From the IMG/VR virus record IMGVR_UViG_3300045988_183673: a stretch of 64,000 bases of DNA; one strand, given 5' to 3'. This DNA is from a virus. Of the stretch, positions 26,184 to 35,599 are shown piece after piece. Positions within the stretch are counted from its first letter, which is position 1. Each line of letters starts with the position of its first letter. A program made the position numbers and the translations under genes. The notes beneath the pieces were generated by a model that worked only from the letters and a program-made list of their open reading frames with translations, made no database searches and was not told where the DNA came from.

Positions 26184-26304
26184 AGCGAATACCTCCATGT
26201 TTTAAATTAGGTTAATGTTCGGACATCTATATAAACAGCAAAAAGCCGCCAATGGGACAATCCACTGGCGGCTCAGTTGCCGATTGCAATAATACAGTTA
26301 AATC

Positions 26305-26350
26305 ATTTGATTTATGTTATGTCTCAATTATATTAACTTCGCAGCATAAT
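26305..26350 (-). promoter_or_regulatory. Degenerate ATGCTGCGAAGT-box (copy 10)
   Basis: Minus strand ATGCTGCGAAGTTAATATAATTGAGACAT. Confidence 0.35.
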
Positions 26351-26362
26351 GCAAGAGCTTTT

Positions 26363-27334
26363 TCAGAAGACTTCGTCAAGTTTTGCACATACAATAAAAC
26401 GAGTATCGTAATTATCACTGCCTGAACAGGTGGACAAAATCAAAACCTTATCATTCAATCCAACTTCTGTGGCGTACTGATTGTAAGAGTAAGCTTTCAT
26501 ACTTGCAATCTCTGTCAGAAAATACGAATCATCCGGATTCGCAATGGTATAACTTGGGTCAATAGGATAATCGGCAACGGCAAAGATTTTCCATCGTGTC
26601 TGTTGTTCACCCAAAGTAAGATAAATATACCGATGTTCTTTTGCAAAGTTGACATCGCGGAAGTATTTCAAAACACTGAATTTCTTGTGCATACTGTTTC
26701 CGTTGCTATGTCCAAAAATAACAGTTACTCTGTACATATCGTCAACATTGCTGACATTCCATTCGGAGGGAACAAAATAAGCGCCCCAGATACTTTCCCT
26801 ATCGAACTCATTGTGAGTCAGGTAATAATCATCGTCTGTGGGATGCTGCAAAATGGGCTCATCTGTAACATCAACGCCGGGAACAGTTAAGTAACCAACG
26901 GTGTTCTTGGAATACGCTGGCTTTGGTGTCGGTTCCGGTTCTGAATCACTCTCACTTGAATTAGAAGACGGGATAAGAATCGAGGGGGTAGAAACGGGTT
27001 CTTCTACATCGTCGGAGATGTCTCCTGTTTCATATGCAGGAATATGATAGTAATCATACGCCTTCCATCCAATATAGCCAATCATGGCAATAAGAACGAT
27101 GCAGATTACGACCAACAAAACTGTCCAGATGGAAAATCGCCGTTTCTCTTTGCCCTCTGACGCGTCCATCGCATCCATCGATTCATTGTCATCCTCGTCA
27201 TGACTTGCCTTTTGATGAGGGAAGTTTTCACCAGTTCCATCATCCTCATCATTTGGAATGTAATTGTACGCACCAAGTTCCTGCTCGAAATGTTCTTCTT
27301 CAGGCAGTGGTGGAATAATAGGTGTTTTTGCCAT
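26363..27334 (-). CDS. srtB: Class B sortase (membrane-anchored, with an acidic N-terminal cytoplasmic region)
   Basis: Catalytic His in VIFGHS, catalytic Cys in LILSTCS, Arg in RFIVCAKL, and the sortase-fold motif YLTVPGVDVTDEPILQ. One TM helix. RBS AAGGTGATG upstream. Confidence 0.75.
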   Translation of the reverse strand: MAKTPIIPPLPEEEHFEQELGAYNYIPNDEDDGTGENFPHQKASHDEDDNESMDAMDASEGKEKRRFSIWTVLLVVICIVLIAMIGYIGWKAYDYYHIPAYETGDISDDVEEPVSTPSILIPSSNSSESDSEPEPTPKPAYSKNTVGYLTVPGVDVTDEPILQHPTDDDYYLTHNEFDRESIWGAYFVPSEWNVSNVDDMYRVTVIFGHSNGNSMHKKFSVLKYFRDVNFAKEHRYIYLTLGEQQTRWKIFAVADYPIDPSYTIANPDDSYFLTEIASMKAYSYNQYATEVGLNDKVLILSTCSGSDNYDTRFIVCAKLDEVF

Positions 27335-27345
27335 AATACATCACC

Positions 27346-28509
27346 TTATTCAGCTGCGGCAGACCGCTCGTACACATCAATGCAGTAGTTGCCCATAATC
27401 TTGTTGTACATGCACTCCTGTGCCAAAGGACCTGCCCCATAGGTATCAACGGCGTTATCATAGTTACTGCCAATATAAGCTTTCACTTCATCGACAGACG
27501 GTTTATAGTCCTGTTCCTCTGCCAGATACTGCGCAACAAGGCTCAGTAAAACATTTTCTTCCGTCTGACTACGAAGACTTTCTGAATACTCCTCCGAGGT
27601 CTTATAATTGCTGTATGTCTGAACGAATGTCTCCAAGTCCATATTGTAGGCAGTTGCTTCGTTTTCGACATACTTCAAGTTGGTTTCAAGACTCAGGTTG
27701 ACAAGGTCTGTCGTATCCTTTTTGAGTTTTACATTGTCAATGAAATACTGTTCAATCTCATTCTGAATCTTATTCATACGAAGATTCTCTTCAACATATT
27801 CACGAAGCAGGTCTACTGTAGTTACAGCAGTGCCGTCTTGCAGCTTGTAGCCACTCATGATACCGGCAACATCAGCATCTGTCATGCTATATTGAGAAAT
27901 CTTATTAAGCGTTACATGGAAAACAGCTTCCTTGTTGGCGAGCTCGATAGTCTGCTCGCCTGTGGTTCTATCTGTTGTACTGCTATATCCATCAGGGAAT
28001 GTTACTGTGACGTCAAACGAATCCCCCGTGTTATGCCCGACGATTTGCTCTTCAAATCCGTCAATAAAGGTATTGGAACCGAGTTCCAAATCGTAGTCTT
28101 CTGTTGTTCCACCGGTAAAAGCAACACCATCAACCGTACCCTCATAGTCAATGTTCACAACATCGCCTTCCTGTGCGGCGCGGTCTGTTACCTCTGTCGT
28201 CAGCTTGTAATTGGACTGAAAATAATCCAACTCGCTTTGAATCTCCTCGTCTGTAACGACGTATACATCTTTGCTGACCGTATACTTCTTATAATCCTTG
28301 GGCATCTTTATGTATTTGGACGCAGTCACATCACGAAAATACCCGTCATCATCAAGACCGAGGTCATACTCAACAGCGGAAGCTGTTTCGGAGGTGGCTG
28401 TTTCCGCAGTCTCAGATGCACTTGTATCGGCCGTATCTTTACTGCACGCGGTCAATGCAATACATGCAGCACTGATGACCGCCAGAATCATTTTTGCGTT
28501 TTTCTTCAT
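27346..28509 (-). CDS. Lipoprotein with a trigger-factor-like FKBP-type PPIase domain (extracytoplasmic foldase, PrsA-analogue)
   Basis: Lipobox ALTAC-S after a signal peptide. GDVVNIDYEGTVDGVAFTGGTTEDYDLELGSNTFIDGFEEQIVG matches the trigger-factor PPIase core. Start set at MKKNAKM (RBS AAGGAG 6 nt upstream). Confidence 0.65.
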   Translation of the reverse strand: MKKNAKMILAVISAACIALTACSKDTADTSASETAETATSETASAVEYDLGLDDDGYFRDVTASKYIKMPKDYKKYTVSKDVYVVTDEEIQSELDYFQSNYKLTTEVTDRAAQEGDVVNIDYEGTVDGVAFTGGTTEDYDLELGSNTFIDGFEEQIVGHNTGDSFDVTVTFPDGYSSTTDRTTGEQTIELANKEAVFHVTLNKISQYSMTDADVAGIMSGYKLQDGTAVTTVDLLREYVEENLRMNKIQNEIEQYFIDNVKLKKDTTDLVNLSLETNLKYVENEATAYNMDLETFVQTYSNYKTSEEYSESLRSQTEENVLLSLVAQYLAEEQDYKPSVDEVKAYIGSNYDNAVDTYGAGPLAQECMYNKIMGNYCIDVYERSAAAE

Positions 28510-28565
28510 GAAAATCTCCTTTATAAAAATACCCCGGCAGACAGGTTGCCTACCGGGGCAGTATT

Positions 28566-28817
28566 TTAAACGAACAGGAACGGAACGTGAAGCAACAGAG
28601 CGTATGCCGCATCCATAATGCCAATAATAACGGCGGATACAGCACTCACAACAAGAACTGCTCCGGTTCGATGGAGCGTGTTGTGCATACTCGGCCAAGT
28701 CACATTTTTGGGTGCAACCAAATTGTGAAGCTTCTTAGGCGTGCTCTTGACGAAAGAAGGAATTGCCTTCACGAAATTCGCAATAGCCGTTCCTACCTTT
28801 TTCAGTTTATCTTTCAT
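28566..28817 (-). CDS. secE: SecE-like small membrane protein
   Basis: KNVTWPSMHNTLHRTGAVLVVSAVSAVIIGIMDAAYALL matches the SecE K-V-x-W-P motif plus a single TM. Start set at MKDKLKK (RBS GGAGG 6 nt upstream). Confidence 0.6.
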   Translation of the reverse strand: MKDKLKKVGTAIANFVKAIPSFVKSTPKKLHNLVAPKNVTWPSMHNTLHRTGAVLVVSAVSAVIIGIMDAAYALLLHVPFLFV

Positions 28818-29068
28818 GCCGCACCTCCTACTCCGGTTACTACGAACATGATGATTGCGATAACAAGCAGAATAGCTGTACATACAGCAACCAGTTTATT
28901 TGCGGACGTTTTCGTGCTGTCTTTAGCATTCGAGCGCATTGTATCACTGATTCCGGTGATAACACTAAGACTGTTCTTGTCGGCCTTATCCATGGAAAGC
29001 GTAACCGCACAAACCAGAACAGAAACCAACAGAATCAAGATGCACAGAATGATTTCATAAATTGCCAT
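28814..29068 (-). CDS. secG: SecG-like small membrane protein
   Basis: An 84-aa protein with N- and C-terminal TM helices (MAIYEIILCILILLVSVLVCAV...LVAVCTAILLVIAIIMFV) separated by a polar loop, as in SecG. Confidence 0.55.
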   Translation of the reverse strand: MAIYEIILCILILLVSVLVCAVTLSMDKADKNSLSVITGISDTMRSNAKDSTKTSANKLVAVCTAILLVIAIIMFVVTGVGGAA

Positions 29069-29083
29069 TGTGTTGCCCTCCCG

Positions 29084-30424
29084 TCAATTCAAGAAACCCT
29101 TGTGATGGCGAACCACCAAATGGCTGTTAAGAGAATCGATAACTTCAAGCGTAACACCTGTGACAATCAACAGACTGGTACCGCCAAAGTGCATGTTCAG
29201 ACCTGTAACCGCAGTTGCCAAGATAGGCACACATGCAATAACCGAAAGAACAAATGCTCCCGAACCGGCGAGAGAATGGCAAGCATTGCGCAAATAATCA
29301 CTGGTAGCTTTGCCTGCTCGAATACCGGGGATACTGCCGCCGTTCTTGCGCAGGTTGTTTGCCATTTCGATGGGGTCGAATGTGATGTCGATGTAGAATA
29401 AGTTGAATGCGAAAATCAGGGCTACATACGCAACATCATAAATCCAATTCCGCGAATTCCAAGATGCCAGCGCCATATACAGGCTGGGGTGCTTGTTGTA
29501 ATCGAGGAACATCGTCACGAGAGACGGCATACTGCAAATGGTGGACGAGAAAATAATAGGCATAACACCCGACATAATCAGTTTGATGGGGATATAACTG
29601 GACTGACCAGTGGATGCTTTGTTCCCCACATTTTTACCGGCATACTGAACAGGAACGCGGCGCTCTGCATCGCTTGCGAAAACGACATAGAAGGTGGCCG
29701 CCAAAACAAAGAGGATGACGCCGGGAATCATCAGATAATACCACCATCCATTTTCTTTGCCCATTGCAATAGAGTTCTGGAACAACGAGATGACAGCATC
29801 CCATCTGGAAATGATACCGGTAAAGATGATAAGGGAAATACCGTTGCCAATACCTTTTTCGTCAATCAGCCATCCAAGCCAGATGACGATTTGAGAACCA
29901 GCAGTCAGAATGGCAATAACAGTAATGGCTTCCACGACCTGCGAAATGCCGGAAGTGTATTTCATCGCACCGTAGTTCTTCATAATAAAGAAGTACCCGA
30001 TAGCTGTTACGACCGCCAAACCACAACCAACATACTGCGTGATTTTATTGATTTGCTTCTGCCCGCCGATGTCCTTGCTGATTTCTTCCAGTTTCGGAAT
30101 CGCAACAGTCAAAAGCTGGATGATGATGCTTGCGTTGATGTATGCAGATACGCCAATCGCAAATACCGCACACTGAGAAAGTGCGCCACCGGAAACCAGA
30201 TTGTAATAATCCAGTACAGAGGTGCTTCCGAACATAGTCTGAAGCGCAGCGGTGTTTACGAACGGAATCGTAATACCGCAACCCAGACGATAAATCAGAA
30301 GACAAAGGATGGTGAAGAGAATCTTGTTGCGAACATCATCCACCATCAGCTTCTGGAAGATGGTGCTGTTCGAATAAGACTTTTTGAGTTTCGGCTTTTT
30401 CGCCGGATTTTTAATGTTGTCCAA
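29084..30424 (-). CDS. secY: SecY-family protein translocase subunit (paralogous/accessory; not in the rplO-secY-adk context)
   Basis: VRNKILFTILCLLIYRLGCGITIPFVN (SecY N-terminus), ten hydrophobic segments, and the conserved SASIIIQLLT plug/TM2 region. TTG start with RBS GGAAGGAG. Confidence 0.85.
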   Translation of the reverse strand: MDNIKNPAKKPKLKKSYSNSTIFQKLMVDDVRNKILFTILCLLIYRLGCGITIPFVNTAALQTMFGSTSVLDYYNLVSGGALSQCAVFAIGVSAYINASIIIQLLTVAIPKLEEISKDIGGQKQINKITQYVGCGLAVVTAIGYFFIMKNYGAMKYTSGISQVVEAITVIAILTAGSQIVIWLGWLIDEKGIGNGISLIIFTGIISRWDAVISLFQNSIAMGKENGWWYYLMIPGVILFVLAATFYVVFASDAERRVPVQYAGKNVGNKASTGQSSYIPIKLIMSGVMPIIFSSTICSMPSLVTMFLDYNKHPSLYMALASWNSRNWIYDVAYVALIFAFNLFYIDITFDPIEMANNLRKNGGSIPGIRAGKATSDYLRNACHSLAGSGAFVLSVIACVPILATAVTGLNMHFGGTSLLIVTGVTLEVIDSLNSHLVVRHHKGFLN

Positions 30425-30448
30425 TGCTTACTCCTTCCGCGACTGAGA

Positions 30449-30724
30449 TTATCGAGCAAAGAAAGCAACGATGATTCGCATCAGAAAGGCTACAACGGCC
30501 AACTTCGTTGCAAGCCACATGAACCAATCGAGTTTGTCGATACCTTCGTCGAATACATTTGTTGCGGCAGCATCTTTTTTGTTACTGTCGCAATCCCCGT
30601 CAACATGGTTTTTCTTGATTTTGTTGCGATTAAGCACAAACAAAGTTCGAAACAAAGCCCATGTTGCAATACAGAATCCGTATACGATTAGAAGCTCGAT
30701 ACAGAAACTGTGCAAAGACGACAT
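30449..30724 (-). CDS. Small membrane protein (2 TM)
   Basis: Start overlaps the stop of the upstream gene (translational coupling). Confidence 0.5.
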   Translation of the reverse strand: MSSLHSFCIELLIVYGFCIATWALFRTLFVLNRNKIKKNHVDGDCDSNKKDAAATNVFDEGIDKLDWFMWLATKLAVVAFLMRIIVAFFAR

Positions 30725-31401
30725 TAAGCGGATGCGCCGTTGGCGTCAGGAGTCGTATTGGAGGCGGTCTCGGCAACGGCCTCTACCGGAGTTTCCGTGA
30801 CAGTCTCTGCAGGAGAAGTGATATCCCCGGTGATTGTGGGGACGTTGGCATCTTCTGCGACCGACTCATTGACGGGCGCTTCAATAACCGCATCCTTGAC
30901 TCCATCAGCAGTCACTTTCTTTGCTGCGATTTTTGCGAAGTGCTCATTGCGCTTTTCACGGCAAGCCTTGCAGCGGGTGGGGAGCTTGTAGTCATGGACG
31001 ACATACCAGTACAGCTCGCGATTGGTAAACTGCAGCTTCTGACCGCAATCTGCGCAGGTGTCTTCCAGACCGATGTTATCCAGCCCACGCTTCACGAAGT
31101 CGCGATGAATCTTGCGGCATTCCGGGCAGCGGTTCGGCAGAGAATAACCGTGGCTCTCGAAGAAATCGCGGTCACGATTGGTGATGTCGAATTCATGACC
31201 GCAGTCAACGCACTTGCGGGTCTCAAACACCTCATTGCTCTTTGCATCAGCTTCCTTGCGAGCTTCATCCTCTGCGCGGCGCTTTGCGAAATCGTCACGC
31301 ATACGACACTCGCGGCACAACACCTCGCTCTCATTGGCGGTGCTGAACGGCTTGTTGCACTTCTCACAGGTCTTGCGGAATTTCTTTGCTGCATCTTTCA
31401 T
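30724..31401 (-). CDS. Zinc-ribbon protein with three C-x2-C...C-x2-C pairs and an Ala/Thr/Glu-rich tail
   Basis: CEKCNK..CRECR, CVDCGH..CPECRK, CADCGQ..CKACREK. RBS AAAGGAGA upstream. Confidence 0.55.
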   Translation of the reverse strand: MKDAAKKFRKTCEKCNKPFSTANESEVLCRECRMRDDFAKRRAEDEARKEADAKSNEVFETRKCVDCGHEFDITNRDRDFFESHGYSLPNRCPECRKIHRDFVKRGLDNIGLEDTCADCGQKLQFTNRELYWYVVHDYKLPTRCKACREKRNEHFAKIAAKKVTADGVKDAVIEAPVNESVAEDANVPTITGDITSPAETVTETPVEAVAETASNTTPDANGASA

Positions 31402-31445
31402 GGTTTAAGTCTCCTTTATGGTAAAAAAATTAAAATAATGATTGA

Positions 31446-31961
31446 TTAGGCGTTGGGACCAGAAAAAGAATCGATAATTTCATCAACGTGGACGTTCAAG
31501 TCGGACTTGTCATCATCTTTCTTGGCGGGCTGTTTTACAGGAACAACGATATCAGGCTCATTCTTCTTTTTCTCCGCCGCCTTTTCTTCAACAGGCTTCT
31601 CTGCGGATTCATCCTTGGCCTCAGTGACCTCGGACGCGCTATCGGAATCCACCTTGCCGGATTCATCCTTATCGGCATCAGGATTCGCCTCGGTTGCCTT
31701 ATCAGTATCCTTTTTCGTCTCATCATGCTTGCGTTCTACGCGGATGACATGAACGGCAGCCACGGGCGCGTGATGAATATCATCGATGCACTCATCGCAA
31801 CCGCAGCACTCATCACAGTCATCACAATCGTCGTCATCATAAAGATAACCGTCATCCTCCAACTCTTTGATGACCTCGTTCTTCACATACTTGGTCGTGA
31901 GTTTCAGGGCAACGGCTGCAACAGTGGCGGCACCAATAACGGACAGAATGTTCTTCTTCAT
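31446..31961 (-). CDS. Secreted acidic Cys-rich protein (signal peptide; DDCDDCDECCGCDEC cluster)
   Basis: N-terminal signal peptide, then a poly-Asp/Cys cluster, then a Lys/Glu/Asp-rich tail. Confidence 0.5.
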   Translation of the reverse strand: MKKNILSVIGAATVAAVALKLTTKYVKNEVIKELEDDGYLYDDDDCDDCDECCGCDECIDDIHHAPVAAVHVIRVERKHDETKKDTDKATEANPDADKDESGKVDSDSASEVTEAKDESAEKPVEEKAAEKKKNEPDIVVPVKQPAKKDDDKSDLNVHVDEIIDSFSGPNA

Positions 31962-32008
31962 AAATTTCTCCTTTGACTAAAAAGCAATGTTTCGCTTGGA
32001 ATATTTAT

Positions 32009-32037
32009 ATTATACCACATAAATATAATGTGGTCAA
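32009..32037 (-). promoter_or_regulatory. Sigma-A-type promoter, TTGACC-17-TATAAT (extended -10), for the secY operon
   Basis: Minus strand TTGACCACATTATATTTATGTGGTATAAT. Confidence 0.65.
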
Positions 32038-32179
32038 TACAAATTGCGAATAAAAAAATGCCCCGCCGAAGCAAGGCACGTAAAATATCAGAAGTGTCTT
32101 ATCAGATTGCGCCGTAAAACCCCTTGTTTTAGCTATGGGGATATAAGGCGCAGTGAAACTTAAGTTGTAATGTTTACAA

Positions 32180-33490
32180 ATCGCACAAGTATTGAATGGC
32201 GAGCTGTGATATAATAAATCAAAAAACTTCTCAACGGCAAAAGGATAAAATGGGATGACATTTCAAAAGGGTGTAAAATTTAGAATCTACCCAAATCGGG
32301 AGCAGCGCAATCTGATTGACCGCACTCTCGGTTGCAGCAGACTCATTTACAATAAAGGTCTTGCCATGCGGGAGGACGCTTTCAAAAGCGGGGAAAAGTG
32401 CGGCTACAAGCAAACTTCTGCTATGCTGACAGCGCTCAAGCAGGATGCGAACTACGCGTTTCTCAAAGAGGTGGATTCCATTGCTTTGCAGCAAGCGCTG
32501 CGAAACCTTGATGCCGGATACACAAACTTTTTCGAGCATAGAGCTGCACATCCAAAATTCAAAAGCAAAAAAAGCGCCAAACAATCATACCGCACACTCA
32601 ATATTGATAACGGTATACGCATTTCTAATAAGCGCATTCACTTACCGAAAATCGGTTGGGTAAAAGTTCATCAGTCTATGGAGATTGGCGCAATTCACAA
32701 CGCAACAGTAGCACGCACAGCCACCGGTAAATATTTCGTAGTTCTTAATGTGGAATATGACCCTCAGCCTATGCCAAACAACGGTTGTGTAGTAGGCATT
32801 GATGTTGGACTCAAAGAATTCTATTCCGATAGTAACGGTACTGTGGTTAATAACCCCAAATACTTGGAGAAAAAAGCCAAAAAACTTGCTCGCGAACAGC
32901 GGCGTTTGGCTCGCAAACAGAAAGGCTCACATAATCGTGAAAAGCAGCGTATAAGAGTCGCTGCCGCCCACGAAAAGATTGCTAATCAACGAAACGATTT
33001 CCTTCAAAAACAGTCTACTATGCTGGTGCGTGAAAATCAAACCATCTGCATCGAAGACCTTAATGTAAAAGGAATGCTTCATAATCATAAGCTTGCAAGA
33101 GCTATTTCCAGTGTTTCGTGGTCGTCTTTCTTTAGCATGCTGGAGTACAAAGCCTATTGGTACGGTTGTACAGTAATTCGTGTACCTACATTCTATCCGA
33201 GCAGCCAAACATGCAGTTGCTGCGGCTATAAGAATGTGGCTGTCAAGAACCTCAGCATCCGTCAATGGGAATGTCCGTCTTGTCACACGGTTCACAACCG
33301 CGATAAAAACGCTGCCGTTAATATTTTGCATAAAGGGCTTGAGCAAAAGTCCGCTTGATAAATACATACCGTACCGTGGGACACACGGGAAGTAACGCCT
33401 GTCTGACATCGTGTAAGACGCAACAACCTCGGTTGCTGTGCAGTGGTGGTTGATGCAGGAATCCCCCTGCTTTAGCCGTGGAGAGAATGT
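32180..33490 (+). mobile_element. IS200/IS605-family TnpB-only element (IS1341-like). Boundaries approximate.
   Basis: A single (+)-strand tnpB interrupts a purely minus-strand region. The structured 3' flank (33359-33490) is a candidate omega-RNA/right end. Confidence 0.55.
32255..33358 (+). CDS. tnpB: TnpB (IS605 OrfB-family RNA-guided endonuclease-like transposase accessory protein)
   Basis: RuvC-like GIDVGLK near residue 180, IEDLNVKGM, and the C-terminal zinc finger CSCCGYK...CPSCH. 367 aa. Confidence 0.85.
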   Translation: MTFQKGVKFRIYPNREQRNLIDRTLGCSRLIYNKGLAMREDAFKSGEKCGYKQTSAMLTALKQDANYAFLKEVDSIALQQALRNLDAGYTNFFEHRAAHPKFKSKKSAKQSYRTLNIDNGIRISNKRIHLPKIGWVKVHQSMEIGAIHNATVARTATGKYFVVLNVEYDPQPMPNNGCVVGIDVGLKEFYSDSNGTVVNNPKYLEKKAKKLAREQRRLARKQKGSHNREKQRIRVAAAHEKIANQRNDFLQKQSTMLVRENQTICIEDLNVKGMLHNHKLARAISSVSWSSFFSMLEYKAYWYGCTVIRVPTFYPSSQTCSCCGYKNVAVKNLSIRQWECPSCHTVHNRDKNAAVNILHKGLEQKSA

Positions 33491-34143
33491 CAACGAATAC
33501 CGTATCCCATATCTTGTCGTACAAGTTTTATTTCCGAAGTGTCTTTCAGACTGTTCGGGAACATCTCTTTAGCGTAATCCTGATAGCGTTTCGTAACATA
33601 CTTTACGCCGAGTTCTTCCGGTTTGATATCTGCTGCGGTTTTTCTGATACGTTGATTCGATGCGCGAGAAGAACATTTCTTGCATAAGCAAAGCGCGACA
33701 TTAGAAATGCCTTCATTCCCGCAGACGGCGCATTTTGCATGCGTCTTATCTCTATCCCATTCCTTTATTTCTTTTCCGTTTTCCGGGTCTATTACAAGGC
33801 GGTTGCGCTTACAGCGGCGCACATAGAACACGCTTTGGCAGCAGGCAACGCATAAGCCTAAATCTTTGCGGTAGTGAGAAGAGAGACCATCTGTGACTTC
33901 ACCGCACAAAAGGCATTTATTTTGAGAAACAATATTCTTGTACTTATTAGCCTTGTTCTCTAATAGCTTTTTTATGATTTCACCGGTCTTATCGGGTTCA
34001 GGAGGATACGCATCCCATCCGTTTACAGGAAAAAAGCTGGAAAAGTCGTTCCATTCATCATCAGAAAACGAACAGCCAACAGGTTTGAGTATCTTAGGGA
34101 GTTTATTGGACCATACTTTTTCTGCATTAGACTTCTTCGGCAT
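33490..34143 (-). CDS. Cys-rich zinc-ribbon protein (about 217 aa)
   Basis: Multiple CxxC pairs. Start set at MPKKSNAEK (RBS AAAGGAGGAG 5 nt upstream). The 3' end abuts or overlaps the IS right end. Confidence 0.5.
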   Translation of the reverse strand: MPKKSNAEKVWSNKLPKILKPVGCSFSDDEWNDFSSFFPVNGWDAYPPEPDKTGEIIKKLLENKANKYKNIVSQNKCLLCGEVTDGLSSHYRKDLGLCVACCQSVFYVRRCKRNRLVIDPENGKEIKEWDRDKTHAKCAVCGNEGISNVALCLCKKCSSRASNQRIRKTAADIKPEELGVKYVTKRYQDYAKEMFPNSLKDTSEIKLVRQDMGYGIR

Positions 34144-34174
34144 ACAGGCTCCTCCTTTGGAAGGAGTGACAGAA

Positions 34175-35599
34175 TCAATATTCTGCCACGATGTTATCAT
34201 CGGGTTTCTTCTTTATCAAAGAGTCCCCAAATCGATTTACATGTTCTTTCGGCGGTTCAATGACCTCGATGTCGGTATCCTCCACTTTTTCGATTTCGTC
34301 AGAGGAATCGTCGTCTTTTTCATTCTGAACCTTATCCGATGGATTGGTGATTTGTGCATCCTCTTTTGCAACATCTGAAAGCAAATCAAATGTCAACTGA
34401 GAATTTGAGGACGCTGGTTTCTTTTCTCTTTTCTTGGTTGTTTGGCGTTTTTTGGAAGTTCTTTTTGACTTTACAGGTTCATTGGAACCACCATTGCTTG
34501 TTTTTGCACTTGCTGTGTTTGAATCAGCAACCGCATCCGCTGAAGCCTTATCCTTGTTTGTTTCTGTGACGGGTTCCTGAACCTTTTTGTTTTTTGATAA
34601 ATCATCTTTGTCGGATTGTTTTGATTCCAAAGCAGAAGACTCTTGTGCGTTTGAGCCTTGTTCTTCTTGCACTACAGATTCTTCCTTTACTGGAACCTTG
34701 GCAGTTCCCTTCTGCAAAAGGCCATCGATTGCTACAACGGCCTCAGACTTCTTTTCTTCGGACTCCGCCTTTTGTACTGCACGGCGAATCGCCTCAGTTT
34801 TTTCTTTCTTTTCTTTTTCTGCTGATGCGGTATTTTCGCTTTCCTTTATCTCAGCAGGCACATTCATGTCAGATTTCGAATTCCACCACTTCTCAATAGT
34901 AGTAATCCTTCTTTCTACTAATATTATACCACAAAATTTGTGGTTTGACAACTTGCGGCTCGGCACAAAGCATACAATACCGCACAGAGAAACAACCAGT
35001 AAAACAATAGCAAGTCCTGCATCAAAAATAAAACAGATAAACGACACCGGAATCAGCAGCTCGCAGATACCGCGCATGATAAATACTGTTTTATCTCCTT
35101 GGTCTTTTCGGTTTTGCATAAAACTGTCTCTCCCCTTCTGCGGGTGATAAGACAAACCACTTGACAAGCCGTTTGTTGCCCAATCACAAGGTATCTCGTA
35201 AGTCTTTTCTCCTAAGCTGTCTGTGTACTGAATTACAGCAATATCAAAATACTCACCATTCTTCTGTGATGCCAAGAATGCACGTAAGAATTCATTTCCA
35301 ACAGACCGCGCAGGAACAATAATCGTTTCGATGCCGTCAGAATCTTTTGCGGCGATATCTACTACATAGGTATCATCTTCACCGCGCCATACGTTCTGCA
35401 CAATACCGCGCACCAATATACCGCGCTTATGAACACGCCTTCCCATAAAAGTAAAGGAGTTTTCAGAATACCACGTGTTTACCATGCAATACGCAGCAAT
35501 AATAAGCAATGTAAGGTACTTAACATTTATGGTGATAATGCTTAAAGAAAAAATATACGGAACGAGCATCAGCAAGACGAATGATACAAAGCTATTCAC
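34175..35599 (-). CDS. Membrane protein (2+2 TM) with a long low-complexity Lys/Glu/Ser C-terminal region. Possibly two genes (see findings).
   Basis: GTG start, translationally coupled to the upstream gene (GTGA overlap). An internal promoter-like TTGTCA-17-TATAAT lies at 34923-34951. Confidence 0.45.
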   Translation of the reverse strand: MNSFVSFVLLMLVPYIFSLSIITINVKYLTLLIIAAYCMVNTWYSENSFTFMGRRVHKRGILVRGIVQNVWRGEDDTYVVDIAAKDSDGIETIIVPARSVGNEFLRAFLASQKNGEYFDIAVIQYTDSLGEKTYEIPCDWATNGLSSGLSYHPQKGRDSFMQNRKDQGDKTVFIMRGICELLIPVSFICFIFDAGLAIVLLVVSLCGIVCFVPSRKLSNHKFCGIILVERRITTIEKWWNSKSDMNVPAEIKESENTASAEKEKKEKTEAIRRAVQKAESEEKKSEAVVAIDGLLQKGTAKVPVKEESVVQEEQGSNAQESSALESKQSDKDDLSKNKKVQEPVTETNKDKASADAVADSNTASAKTSNGGSNEPVKSKRTSKKRQTTKKREKKPASSNSQLTFDLLSDVAKEDAQITNPSDKVQNEKDDDSSDEIEKVEDTDIEVIEPPKEHVNRFGDSLIKKKPDDNIVAEY

